Below, piece after piece: positions 36,963 through 51,320 of a stretch of DNA of 64,000 bases; position 1 is the first letter of the stretch, and the number at the start of each line of letters is the position of its first letter. The position numbers and the translations under genes are program-made. The stretch covers positions 32,364,001 through 32,428,000 of the forward strand of contig NW_026889750.1 in assembly GCF_033153115.1 (NCBI RefSeq), in the 5' to 3' direction. The notes under the pieces are model-generated. The model had not been told where the DNA came from and did not search any database. It saw nothing but the letters and a program-made list of their open reading frames with translations. Source of the stretch: Saccostrea echinata (lineage: Eukaryota).

Positions 36963-39900
36963 TTGTTCTCAAATTACTACCCCTCATACGATCGTCTACT
37001 TATACAGTGTTACTATATTTAGATACTTTATTCTTTGAACCCGATTTCGGATTTCGACGGCCAGTGATGTAATGTTTGCTAAAAAATGAATAAGCTATCG
37101 AAATTTTTAAAAATCAAAATCTTTAAAAAAAATCAAAATTATGTCCAGTCTGTGGTTTGTTTTGATAAATAATTCAATTTGTTTAAATAAGCCTACATCA
37201 AGAACATTAATCTACGTAATTGTTTTTCTTTTATTTCGAAGAATTTTGTCATACATACTGAAAAATAGAAGAATCTGTTTATTGTTCTAACATGTTACTG
37301 GCCTCATTTCAATATTCCTTTGTACTTAAAAGAATCAAATCAGGATAAATTTTTTTTAAATGTTTTAATTAAACTGACGAAAGCCGTTGCTATGGTTACC
37401 TATTCCTTACATATTTCAATGTTTCCCGTCTTACATTTTTTTCTTTTTCTTTTTGGTCTAAATTCAACAAAAGAGTGTTGATTAGTGCATTGATACTTAA
37501 TCCTGCTGCTCAACTTTTAATTTCCAAGAACATTGTTCTGAATATTAACAAAACATGGAATAATCTCTTAAATATTTCAAAATGTGTCTCTTCTTACGAC
37601 ATCGGTCTGATATTTCGTAATTCGTATGGATTTTTTTTTTAATTAGTGTAGCTGTGTTGCCATGATTACATAAAACAGAATAAGCATATAATTTCAAACG
37701 CCACTTCTCCAGTGTTTAAGTTTTAAATGATACTTTTTGCTGAGTTTAAATGGAGAAGTACTACATACTGTTTGATTTCTATAATGAAGGGTAATGCCGT
37801 GGTTAGCTAAACTTAAATTAAGATTAAACCGAGTCTGATTATGACTTTTTCTACTAATTTTGTCTAAATCTTTAGTAAATTATACACAGATATAGATTTC
37901 TCCGAAATGTAGATATAGAATTATCTGTTTTTGATTCAATAAACAGTACTGGTGTATTGCTTCGGCAGTTAGTAAAATCAAAATGTGTCTACATATATTT
38001 TTTTCGGTACTTTATGTATCCACTGAAATTATTTCAACGAATACTCGGCGCCCCAATCTGTTCTAAAGGATGAATTATTTTACTTTTCACAGACAATTCA
38101 AAGTTCAAAGGAGAATTACATATCATTCCAATTTACTAGTACAATTGTGTATGACCAACTTCGTTTCCTGCGGCCTGAATACTGCACCCAAGAATATTGT
38201 ATTTTACATTTTGGTAAAGGATTAAGTACTCATTGTAAATCATGCAAAAAGTTTGCCTGTTAGATATCCATGAGCAAAGAAGAAGTTTGTAATGCATTTT
38301 TTAATCATATGACTAATCAAGCCCATCATGGAGTCAGAACCCCAGACCCAGGGGCCATAAATTTCAATTCTGGTAAACCGACTTGTTATGCACGCAAACA
38401 ATCTGCCTGCAAGATGTCCATGAGTAAAGATTTTTTAAGCTATGATGCATATTAGATATGTAACCAAATAGTTCCAACCTGAAGCCTGAACCAAGGGGCC
38501 ATGGATTTCACAATTTCGTAAGGGGTTCACTATTCATTATATCAAGACAACAGTTTGATTGCTACATGTCCAGGAGTAAATAAGATTTTTGAAAATGGTA
38601 TTAATTTTGATTATTTTGGCAAGCCTCCTGGCAGACGTTTCTCGCGCAATTACGCAAAATACAGTTTTTTCCCGAATAAAATGTGATTTACAGTATATAA
38701 ATACATGTACATACATTGTAGTGCATATTATATCATTGAAAGATAACACGGATCTTCCAGTCTCATTTCTTGCTAATAAACATTGGTATCTAAGGTTAGA
38801 TTAAAGGAAATTCTATTTTCTATTAAATGAAATATTTTGGTACTTTTTTGAGGTGCTCATGTCTACTTTTTACAACACCGTTTCTAAGACTTCAAAGAAC
38901 CTTGAATTCTGTGCGAAATAAAAACTGAGGCACGCAAAAAATCAATTTCACGCTTCATTTCGAGACATTTATTAAATAACATTTTTAAGAATTATTGTTC
39001 CTTGGTGAATATCCCTAATATTTATTTCTCAAGAACAGCAGAACCAAGACTGGTGAAATTTATTTTGCAAGCACCCATCATTATTTTTACGACGTAATTT
39101 CCCTTCCAAATCACGACCCCTGGGGTTAGGTGAGATAAAATATTAGTAAGAGGATGAAAGTTCGACATAATATAAAGGAAAATCGTCTCTGGTACAAGGG
39201 GCTAGATATCGGACATCTCAATGAAATATTCAAGATTGGTAATGTCATATATTTCTTGAGGCTAGAATATAGCTAAAAGGGGGGGTTACCTTTTTCATAT
39301 AATATAAACTTGGGGGTGGGGGTGGGAACAGAAAACGAACAAGGGCCAAAGTTACTCAGGTGAGCGCTGTGGTTCTAAGACCGTTTCCGCCACGAAGAAA
39401 ATACATGTGAGTGAATGGTCACGCGGCAGAGAGCATGGATTGAGGACTATCGATTTGCTATCCTAGACTTTTCGTGATGTAAATGTGCAAATTGTGTTCT
39501 GCTGCCATTCTTACCCGGAGACTGTCTGATAAAAACATTTGATTTATAAAGTTTGACCAAAATAATCAAAAGAAACTGCAATAGTCCAATCATCTTGTTG
39601 CAGCTGCTTCCCTATGCTGTTGGAACTGTTTTTTGAAGCTTCATAAATCTAGAGGTTTTTGAACCCATCCAGTGCTTGCAAAGTTGAAGGACCTCTTCCC
39701 TCTATTGAATTCATTAGGAACATTAATCACATATAGCGCTAACTTTCGTTCTTTAATCCATCAATATTTGGTTTCACTTTTTTGACAGCCTTCCTCTTGC
39801 TTCTGAACCAAAGAAGCAAACAGGCTCCTCACCGTAATGAGGTATAAGCATTGTCTTATATTGTAGTCTTTGTAATAAGTTGATATAGAGCAGTAAGCTT

Positions 39901-41045
39901 TCGATCTGTCAAAAACAACAGTAACCGTTGTCAGAATCAAGTTCTTGTGAATGCTATTTTCTACAGAACTAACAACGGGTATGACATTCTATCAACAATT
40001 GTTGAAAACATAATTGTCAGAGACTTTACATTTACAGCAATCTCTCACTAACATTTCAAAATACAGGAAACCATCGACCCCTAAACGGAAAGGACATGTG
40101 AGAGCTAGAATTTTAATCAAATTATCCAATTAAACCATGTATTATGTAAATTAATTGGAGAGATAAATACTAGTGGTTAAAGACTGACCATTCCCAGTTT
40201 CTCTGTTCTGGAGTGACAACAAAAAAATATTACAATCTCACACTGATGTTTGGCAATGCAATGATGTGTATTTAAGAAGTATTGTCATTGTTTTCAACAT
40301 TCATCCCAAAGACGCCCTTTCTTTTTCGTCTCTTATTTGTTGAGAGTTACATGAATCCGTATATTTTTGCCAATCTTGACAAAAATAATTCTTTGAAAAC
40401 ATTAAAATGAAACCCGTTCTACAAAGGGAGAACATTAGGAATATGTGAAAATTCAAGAGGCCCATCATGTAAATAGTTTTCATGCTAGATGTTCTGGAGT
40501 AAACTATAGAGAGCTTAAATCCAAAGCAAGATTCTTTATCTGGAAAGTATAATTAGCAATTTTTGTAACCTCAAGGAACGAAATGATATAAGATGAATAA
40601 ATGTCGTTAGAAATCATGAATAAGACTGTGACATTTAAGTTTGCTAATTAAAAAAATACATCTTGTCAAACTATAATTAGGGAGAAAGATGACCCCCCCC
40701 CCTTCCTTTCAAGGATCAAGCACAATACACATCTAATGACTGGGTTCGAGGGTCTACAAAACGCATTTTGCCCGAGAACACAGTCAATAAATGTTTTGTT
40801 ATACCTTGTACATGTACTTTTTTTTTTTAATTTTGAGATATCTTGCGCTGGCTTCCATGTTTGCGATAATTTTTTTTAGATATACATGTAGCTGATCCTG
40901 CCTAAAGCGTGACGTAAAAAAAGGTCATAGCGGTCCAATATCTCATCTACAGGTCCAAATATCTTACTCTCCAACATCGATTATTTTTGGATCGCTCAGT
41001 AAAACAGTAGAAATGTTAAACTTTTATATCGGAAACATTTTTTAA

Positions 41046-41986
41046 GGAGGTTCGATCCTCAGCTTTTGAGCACATTTTGGTCTGGACCTTTATTTATAAA
41101 ATTCTGCATCATTTTTAAATTCTAACATTAAATCTGGATTCTACAATGCAAATTAAACTATATCCAATGAAAAAAAAAGACGCAATGAAATTCCATTCAA
41201 ATAGGATTAAGCCAGGAACTATATTTTGTGGCGGAAGGTTTTTCAGAAGAAAATTATCATTTTTTCCCTTTTGAAATATATACAGTACTGTTAAGTTTAG
41301 ATTCCTATTTGTCCATGCTGGTTGCACACAGAGCTGTTTTTTGCAGTGAAATGTTTTATGCTGGCTCTGAAATATCTATTAAATTATTTCTTATAAATTC
41401 TTTCATTATATTGTGACAAATATAGTAAATATATTCTGAAAGTCCAGGAAAAAATTGAGCCAATTTTAACATAAAATTAACACTTTTTTAGTTATATCTA
41501 AAAATTTACATCATAGTCCCCCACTTTTGTTTTTCTTTTCTGAATATATAAGATAACTTTGATAAATCTGCTTAAATTCAGCAAAAGTTTAAGACTTTAA
41601 AATAATTTTCTTGCTTATTAAATTTTTAATGCCAGAAAAATCACATTTTGTGAGTGCAGAAAGGTCATTATTATGATTATGGCGAAGTAATTTGAAACTT
41701 TTTCTTAGTCACAATTTTAATGTGTCTTTTTTTAAAAAGACTAATGGTTTATTTTGTCCCATGATTTATTTGGATAAAAACATTGGAGGGAAAACGTAGA
41801 AGATGTGATTTTTGATTAAGACACAAATTTCAGTGCAAAAAGGTCATATTAAATGTATCATAGCGCCAAAAGAAGCATATTGACCCCCATTTTTTGTTTT
41901 GATTTTTAATTAAGCTATGTGTGTAGAAGCTGAAAATATACTTGACAAAAAAAGTTTAAGACTTTAAATATCAGGATCCAACCTCG
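41046..41986. mobile_element. Kolobok-like element with TTAA TSD and internal duplications
   Basis: ttaa|GGAGGTTCGATCCT ... AGGATCCAACCTCG|ttaa. Confidence 0.75.
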
Positions 41987-42135
41987 TTAAAGGATAACAA
42001 TAATGCTTAAACTTGGCGATGATAGTGGTACAGATCAATGTCCAAGAAAGTCCAAGAAAGCCGACCCTACTGTTATACCAGTCCTTTTTCCTCTTTATAG
42101 ATGTTTAGGTTTTGCAACCCCCTGCCTAGGATCTG

Positions 42136-42366
42136 GATCCGGTTGCACAAACGTAAGTTAAATTAACTCCCAGTTAGTGTCGTAACTAGCTGTTAAATTT
42201 TTAACGACGAGTTACCCAACTGTCAGTTAAAAAATTGTTGTTCGAAAGTCTATTTAAAATAAATTAGCTGACATTTAATTGATGTCTTATAGTTAACTGT
42301 TCTAACGTCGGGTTAACGCAAAGTTAACGGCTAGTTAAATTTAACTAACGTTCGTGCAACCGGAAC
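42136..42366. mobile_element. Harbinger-like MITE
   Basis: TIR CCGGTTGCAC.AACGT.AGTTAAATT and its reverse complement; internal GTTAA subrepeats. Confidence 0.75.
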
Positions 42367-44186
42367 ATTACTTATAATTTATCTTTCAGAATTTGATTAC
42401 TGCACTTAAAATAATTTTTCTTCCATCTTAGGTAGAACACATTTATCATGTTGAAGGCGTCCGAAATATGCGTTCCTGTGTATATCATTCCTCTACTGTA
42501 AGTAAATCAATGCAAGAAAGATCCAAACATGTTTAATTCACTTTAGAATGACATCTCGACATTTCTCTGGTTTATGATTTTATCCTGTGCTAAATCCTTC
42601 ACATAACTAAAAATACTTCCCAGTTACTGGTGAAGTATAATCCTAGATTAACTAATTAACTGACCATTACAGACTACAGATTCTAGGGGACACTGTCCTT
42701 TTATAAGACTTTCAAGTTTACATGTGTCTGTCATGAGTGAAGATTTTGTGAAGTTGCATTCCTTGTGAAACCTGATGACTTGAAAAGTATCCGACTGCAG
42801 GCAGCTTACAATTCAAAAATGTAAACTACAAATTTAATTTTGGACCGTCTCATACAGTGTTTTCTCTGAAAAATAATTTTCCATCATATAATCACAGTGC
42901 AGATTTTGACGTCAAAACGATAAAAATATTCATCTGAGATCATGTTTTTATTGCTCTATAAGAAATATTTTTGCGGTTATCCAATTATATATACAGAATT
43001 GCAAAATCGCAAGAATTATTTTGAAAAGTTCGGAAAACAATATAATAGTACGTGATACCTGCAAAAAGTTATGATTTTGTTCTACGACTAAGGTATAAAG
43101 ATAAATAACACCATACCATCCCCAACCAGGTCCGTACATGTAGCAACGGTTTTAAAAGGGGGGCAACCTCCCAAAAAATTCCAAAAAAGTAAACTAATGA
43201 AAATCATATTTTGGAAGGGGGTTTGGTGGTTGGAACTTTCTCTTACTTTTTTGGCACATTCTTTTCTTCACAGCAACAAAAAGTGTGTGTGTGTAAGGGG
43301 GAGGGGGGTCTACGGGCCTGCCCCAAACACAGTTATTGGTACATACTGGTACCATATTGACTATGCCTACATCCAGGTGACCGTTAAATGGTACAGTTTC
43401 CTCTCTCGTCAAAAAGTGTAGAGGAAACTATTAACCTTCTCTCTGCAACTTGAACTTTGTGGTGGTACCTGATGTTGTCATTTCACGATTGCTAAGATCA
43501 AGTAACATAGAAACACAAACAGAATATTTACCGAATTCTTATTTTATACAAGGTGACGATAAACGGTGCAAAACAGTGCATCTGTTACTGTTTTTGATAA
43601 CCAACTTTTAATCAAAGAAAAAAAATGAGACGTTTAATTCTTGTGGATCAATTTTCTCAGTTAAGTCTCATCTGGTTTTAATTCATTTGGACCCAATATC
43701 AACCACAGATTTCAGATTATTTTACGGCCATGAATATGGGCATATATATAAAATTGTTGAAGCGCGAGTTCCTATGTACAAAAGTAGTTCACCGTTACAC
43801 AGTCAAAAAGTCCAAGCCTATAACTTATCAAGTCCTCTCGTTTCGGGTTGTAAACTTGGTGTTAAATATACAAATGTAGGAACGGTGATTAATGAGTCAT
43901 GTCTATTAATTTATTATATAGTCTTAATTCTGAAAAAAAAAATGATATAAACTCTTCTTCATTACATACAATTCAAGGGAGAAAAGTTGAAATGCGTATT
44001 TCCTCAAATGAATGTTGTATGTATTTTCTGAAAATGTGATTACGTAGAAAGAGCAGATACTGTACAACAGTATTAATTTTTTTTTGTAGAAATATGACCT
44101 CTAGAATTGCATTATTATATTTTGATGAGAGAATCCCTTTCAATGCTGACATATAATACCAGTATAGCCTCGTTATAAAAATTCAC

Positions 44187-44407
44187 TACTGTAAATTCCT
44201 TATTTTACGCGAGTACTTAATATCGCGAAATGGCCCAAGAGCATCAAATCGCGGGAAAAATAATTCGTGAATCGGTGATTTATCTAGAGATTTTACATAC
44301 ATTAAAGCACCATAAAAATAAAAGCGAGTAATTTTATTTCGCGAATGGTGCTTCTCGCGTAATTACGCGATAATTTATTCCTCGCGTATATTTAGGAATC
44401 TACAGTA
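44187..44407. mobile_element. TA-flanked MITE (TACTGT...ACAGTA)
   Basis: TIR TACTGTAAATTCCT/AGGAATCTACAGTA; near-identical copy at 59612-59823. Confidence 0.88.
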
Positions 44408-45167
44408 TGTTGTTTACAACAACGTAATTATATTACTGTTAAAAACTCATATTTGTATAGTAACATAATATTTTTGCGTCGTTTCTAAAATATACTTCGG
44501 GGGCTTATTTCTTCATTGTCTGTTCTGCGTACTAAGATATTATTTCATCCTAAATGATACACATGATGAATGGAATAGTTATTTTCAATTTTTGTTTCTT
44601 TAAAAAAATTATCTACTATAGACATGAACATGTTTTTAGCTCCGAGCAAAAGGTTCAAAGAGGTAATACTGTGGTCATTCGCGCGGTGAGCGTACACTTT
44701 TAATATGAGCCATATTTCAGCACAGGCACCTGGATCACCCCCTCGCTCCCCCCCCCCCCCACAACTAACTAATAAAATATAAGGAGTCTTTATTTACTCG
44801 AAAATATGTTATTTCTCCGTCATTTCTATCTGTATGTCATTGGTTTGTACTATCGTTAAGGTTTAAAAATTGGCCATATACGGTATACTAGTAATAAAAA
44901 TTATACCGTATATGGCCAATTTTTAAGTGACTAACCAAAAAGTAGGTTACGGTGACCCAGTGAATTTTAAGGCTATTCATTTTCAAAACATTTAAACTTA
45001 TTATTTTGGATACCAAGAGAGTAAAAATCAAATCTTGTCAGTTATTGCATCTCTGGGTCTCAGGGTGTGACAACTAAAAGTAGATCAAAGTGACCCCCTC
45101 TGAATTTTACAGCTCCTCATTTTCAGATCTTTAAACCTGAATACTTTAAACACTTTGACCTGTACAA

Positions 45168-45420
45168 CAGGCCCGTAGGAAGCAATTTCAGTTGGGGGGG
45201 GGGCACAGCCAAACATTTTTCAGTTGACAGTTGAGGGGGCACTACCAAAAATTTCCTGACAAACAAAAAAAAAAAAAAAAAAGGTCATCAGACGTTTTCA
45301 TTGAGGGGGCACAAGCATATAATATCTATGTTTACTATAGTAATCTATATATCGGCAAAATTATTGGGGGGGGGGCACGCCCCCCCCCGTGCCCCCCCCC
45401 CCCCGGTTCCTACGGCCATG
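45168..45420. mobile_element. GC-rich MITE (CAGGCCCGTAGG...CCTACGGCCATG)
   Basis: TIRs and 5-bp TSD TACAA. Confidence 0.8.
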
Positions 45421-46534
45421 TACAATCATCAAACTACACAACTGATGCATTTTAGGTCCACGAAATGTGTCAATTCAAAAGTAGGTAACAGTGACCTACT
45501 TTTTGAACTGAATTCTTATTCATTGTCATATCTTTTAAACTTGGATACTAAGAAGCGAAAGATCACCAAATCTTAATTGTCAATTGATGCATCAAGGGAT
45601 TTGTCGATTCAACATATTCAAACATAGCCAGTTGCCCTTTTTTGAGATTTCATCATTGTCAAATCCTTTTAATTGATACTATGAGTGTCATGAAATTTTG
45701 ACAATTGAAATACTTTGGGGCCTTGGGAAATGTTGACTTAAAAGTATGTCGCACTGACCTACTAATTTTAAATTGATCATTATCAAATCTTTTTTAACTT
45801 AATTACCAAGATGCTTAGGATCATCGAAAATAGATAGTAGGGCCTCAGAATATTTTGACCCTATAGTTTCTTTGAAACTGACCTTAACACAGTGTGACAG
45901 AAAGACAGGTGGAAGAACAGAAGGATGGAGGGACAGATGGATGGAAGTTGGACATGACAAACACTATATGCCCCAGCCATATTCATAGCAGGGCATAATT
46001 TTCTAAATGTACATATTAGTGGTCTGCAAATTCCACACATGTTGAATAATTCATTTCTCATGTGCTCACTAGTTTACAGTTTTCACAAGTGTGTGCTTAT
46101 GGATCCAGTATTCCCACATTATTCAATCATTCAAGGTACACAAAAATACGTTTTTAAATAATTCCAAATTGGCCTTGGGATTTTCATAGTTCAAGGTTTT
46201 TGTATTTATATGTGAATGAAAAAGTACATATTTTCTAATGCATTATAGATCAATCACCGGTACACCCATAACGCAGATTTGTTAATTGGATACAGCGAAC
46301 TGTTGTAATTTGAACTCCAGAAAATTTGGTGGCTCGTAGTGCATGAATATACATTTTTAAAATTACTGATAAAAAGTACATGTAATTCTTAAGTATTAAA
46401 AAAGAGATTCTCCATTGATATTTTTTTGCATTTCAAGGTGCTATAAATCACATTAAAACTGAACTCATCAAAAGGTATGCATACAAGTGTGTGAAGGTAT
46501 AAAAACAATCATTTCACTTTCATTCTTAGATTCA

Positions 46535-46540
46535 TTTATT
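46535..46540 (-). terminator. GTDC1 polyadenylation signal
   Basis: AATAAA about 165 nt downstream of the stop codon. Confidence 0.6.
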
Positions 46541-46704
46541 AATAAAATCTTACAATGCAATTTTTAATTTTTTTCTTCAAACAATTTATCAACATAAAGT
46601 TATTCTTCAATGATTAACAAGTAGACGTTCTGGAGTTTATAAGAAAACAACTTTGAAAAGAAAGTCAAAAGGAAAAATTTTACATATCTTTTCCATTATA
46701 AGTA

Positions 46705-46770
46705 TTACACACAAAATAAGTCCTCAAAGTCACTTCTCCTTTCTTCCCATGAAAACTTTGAAAGATCTAC
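46705..46770 (-). CDS. GTDC1: GTDC1 terminal exon (VDLSKFSWEERRSDFEDLFCV*)
   Basis: tag acceptor, FSW motif, TAA at 46707-46705. Confidence 0.88.
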   Translation of the reverse strand, partial: VDLSKFSWEERRSDFEDLFCV

Positions 46771-48614
46771 CTATAAATTAAAATATAAGATCTACATTTA
46801 TTTAATATTTACAAACACTAGAAAAATCATTATTTTATAATCCATGCACTCAATTTTTTCATTACTGTTACTTTTACATTGAAAGAAAACTGGAAAACCA
46901 AGTCATGTCATGACCCAAAAGAAATTTCACAACTTTGTTTGAGACATGACTTGTTTTACAACATTACAGATAACTTTGATTTGACTAAGCATTAATCTGT
47001 ATGTCAATATACACTGAACTCATTATCACTAGAATATTTCTCCCCATTGCTTTGACTTTTGGGTGGTACTGACAAACAATGAGATGACGTAAGCTTAACC
47101 TTCGAATCGTAGGAAATAAGGTTTGCACCAACTAAACTCAGTAAGTTCGAATCCCACTGCTGGACGTGGAGACAGGTCCTTTGGATGAGGCCATATAAAC
47201 TGAGGTCCCGTATCACAGTAAGTGCTGGCATGAAAAAGATTCCTCACAGGCTCAAAAAGCCGTAAGTGCTGAGTAGAGGTCTAAATTTGCAGTCCTCCAC
47301 CAGCAAGTGGTGCCTTTCAATATGAGTGAAAAATTCTCGAAGGGACATTAAACAAACAAACATGCTAATTTATGCAATTTTCCTCTACTAACACATATTC
47401 TGTTATGAATGTACATTCTATGTCACTGTTTTACTGTTTGGTGTGACATAAATATAAGCAGTCTATTGAAAGTCCAAGGTATTGATAGATTTGTAATAAT
47501 TCATATCTAGAGGGAAATCACAGGATAAGAATCCCAAAACAGATGCAAATGTGATTAATCAAACTCACTGAACACAGTGTCAAAAACTCAATTCAAACAA
47601 ACCTGTATCTTGTGTTCCCTGACCAATTTTGGATGACGACAAAATCTTCTCAATGTTTTTAACAACTGGTTGTCTGTATTATACAAATACTGTTCTGAAA
47701 CAAAAACAATAGGAGCATGTTGTATTTTCATTACTGAAGTGATATCTCATGAAATTATTCATTTTACATATAACTTTATATTTTTATTACATGAATTTTT
47801 TATGCCCCCGTATCAAAGATTCAGGGGTATATAGTTTTTGTCCTGTCTGTCCGTCTGTCTATATATCTGTCTGTTTGTCCGCAAAAACTTTAACCTTGTC
47901 CATAACTTTTGATTGGTTGAAGCTATGACTTTCATATTTCACATGTGTATTCCTTGTGACAAGACCTTTCTTTGGGTACCATCTTATTTGACCTTGGAGT
48001 TTGACCCAGTTTTGCAAAATTTTACCAAACTTTAACCTTGGCCATAACTTTATAACAGTTGGTGCTAGGGGTTTCATACTTCACACATGTAATCCTTGTG
48101 ACAACACCTTCCTTTGGATACCAACAACTTTGACCCTTTGACCTTGACCTAAGACTTTGACCTACTTTTCAAAAACTTTAACCTTGGCCATAACTTTTGA
48201 ATGATTGGTTCTAAGGCTTTTATACTTAACATATGTAATCCTTGTGACAACACCTTCCTTCACATACCAACAACTTTGACCCTTTGATCTTGACCTAGGA
48301 CTTTGACCTACTTTTGAAAAACTTTAACCTTGGCCATAACTTTTGAATGGTTGGTGCTAGGACTTTCATACTTCACATATGTAATCCCTGTGACAAGACC
48401 TTCCTTTGGATACCAACAAATTTGACCTTTTGACCTTGACATAGGACTCTGACCTACTTTTGAAACACTTTAACCTTGGCCATAACTTTTGAATGGTTGG
48501 TGCTATGGCTTTCATACTTTTTTGGAAAATTTTAACCTTGGCCGTAACTTTTGAACAGTTGGTGCTAGGGCTTTCATATTTAAAATGTATATTCCTTGTG
48601 ACAAGACGTTCCAT

Positions 48615-48645
<31 letters not shown>

Positions 48646-51158
48646 GAAAACTTTAACCTTGGCTGGCCATAACTTTTGAACAATTGGTGCTACAGCTTTC
48701 ATATTTCACATGTGTATTTCTTGTGAAAAGGTCTTTCCTTGGGCACCATTAATTTTGACCATTTGGCCTTGACCTTGATGTTTGACTTACTTTTGAAAAT
48801 TTTTAAACTTTTTCATATCTATTCAATGGTTGCTGCTAGGGCTTTCATATTTCATAGGTATATTCTTAAAGACAAGACCTTACTTTGGGTACCAACATAT
48901 TTTATTTACATTTGAGAAAGTTTAAACTTTGCTTAAAGTTGCCCTACGGGGGCATCAGTGTTTCACAAACACATCTTGTTTTTTCATCAAATCAAAATTT
49001 TTAGGATGCAACAAGGTAGGACACTTGTTAGAGAGAGGAATGCAGTATATTGATACTAAATCTCCAAAAGCTTTTATTAAAAGGGAATATGATAAAATTT
49101 AACTCAAAGTTTGTTTCTTTTTTTTTAACCACAGATTCCCCTTTATTCAGAATAAAATCTATTATGAAAAGTTTTTTATCACAAAAATTAAAAAGGAGTA
49201 TATTCTGTAATGACCAATATCTGCCCCAAAAATCAAACTTTGATGGAGAAGCCTTCATTTATGTTTTTAACCAGCGGGATACCTGCAGACTTCAAAACAT
49301 TACCTATTTTCATTAGCCATGATGTCATATGTTAGATATGATGTCAAGAAGATGACATAAATTCTATATTTCAATGATTTTGAAAGAATTTTATGTTGTA
49401 TACTAAAATAAAATTATTTTTATTAAAATTCATAGAGCATAGGTCTGCTCCAACTCATTCTTTCGATAGAATGTGTAAAATCAATAAAAAAAATGTGAAT
49501 ATTGTACTAGAACAGGCTTGCACTTTGTAAATTCTGTCGTCAAAATTTGACAAATATTGTCCATTTTGTTCTCTTTCAAGCTAAGTCTAATTCAAGTGCA
49601 CAGCTGACTTTGCGCAGCTTTTTAATTTCATGCAGTCGTATGTGCGACATCAAACCTTTCCCAAGTATTGTGACTTTAATACAAAATTAACATTATATTA
49701 CATTATCTGTAACGTCTATTGGTCTGAATTAAAATGTACTTTTAAGACAATATTTATAGGAATAAATGCTGAAATGGCTCTAATGACGTCACTGTTTTCC
49801 GGTTCTGTATGCAATGCATGACGCTGAAGAATGATGCATGACTCGCTTGAGTATTCAAGACGTCCATGGACATTTTATTAAAAATTGCTGATAGAACACA
49901 TCAAAAGAAACATACAAGCAATCAAAACATTGTTATTTTTTACCAAAATAATTCATCTGTGCCAATATATACAAATGTATATTGCAATATGGCAAATTTA
50001 GAGGTATTGGGCATTGAAAAAAAACAACTTTGTAATAATTGCTAGACCAACCCAGAAGGTTGACTTTTTTCAAATTTTACAATTTGGTGACTTTTTACAA
50101 TAACTTTCATGTATTTGACTGAAAAGGAAATCCTTACTGTAGGGGTGAAACGATACACCTCCTTCACAGTTCGATACGCATTGTATAATTTTGTCTCGGT
50201 TCGGTTATTTTCGATACGATTTTGATAGAAGGAAGCAAATTCAACGTTGTTTTATGCTTTCTTTTTCTAAATCTAGTCACATATTTCACGAATTTATTTG
50301 CAAATTGACTAGAAGAAATTGATTAAAATTATTTGACTGTCAAAAATTATTTTACAAGCTATCAGTCATCAAAAATTTACGTTTTCTAGATACTTATTTA
50401 TACTGAGTAACGTGTTTTACCAGGTACTACTAAACAGAGAACCCTAGAGAACTCTTAAGAACCCTAGAGAACCCTAATGATTTTTAATTATTTATTGTTT
50501 GTAAATGAAATATATATGTTTTAAATAACCAATATATCATACAAAAACAAAATAAAATTTAAAAAAGAATATAATGCCAGGTCCTATATATTCCTATGTA
50601 AAACTTTGATCGCCCATTGTGCCCCACCCGACCCCCGGGGGTCATGATTTGAACTAACTTGAATCTACACTACCTGAGGATGCTTCCATATAAATATGAC
50701 CAATCATGGCTTTGCTGTTCTTGAGAAGAAGATTTTTAAAGAGTTTTCCTATATATTTCTATGTAAAACTTTGATCGCCCATTGTGGCCCCACCCTACCC
50801 CCGGGGGTCATGATTTGAACAAACTTGAATATACACTATCTGAGGATGCTTCCATATAAATATGACCAATCATAGCTTTGCTGTTCTTGAGAAGAAGATT
50901 TTTAAAGAATTTTCCTATATATTCCTATGTAAAACTTTGATCGCCCATTGTGGCCCCACCCTACCCCCGGGGGTCATGATTTGAACAAACTTGAATCTAC
51001 ACTACCTGAGGATGCTTCCATATAAGTTTCATATTTTCAAGCACAGTGGTTCTTGAGAAGAAGATTTTTAAATGATGCCATTAATTTTTCATGAATTCAT
51101 GATTATCTCCCCTTGAAAGAGTGGCCCTTCATTTGAACAAACTTGAACCCTCTTCACC

Positions 51159-51195
<37 letters not shown>

Positions 51196-51258
51196 CAGCC
51201 GTTCTGGAGAAGAAGATGAAATTGTGAAAAGTTTACAACGACAACAACGCCGACCTCA

Positions 51259-51320
<62 letters not shown>

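Noticed and set aside
47859-48683. ORFs in satellite arrays (also 31045-31542, 59307-60422, 10619-10949)
   Set aside because: Translations of non-coding Helentron-like repeat units; no Rep/helicase or transposase motifs
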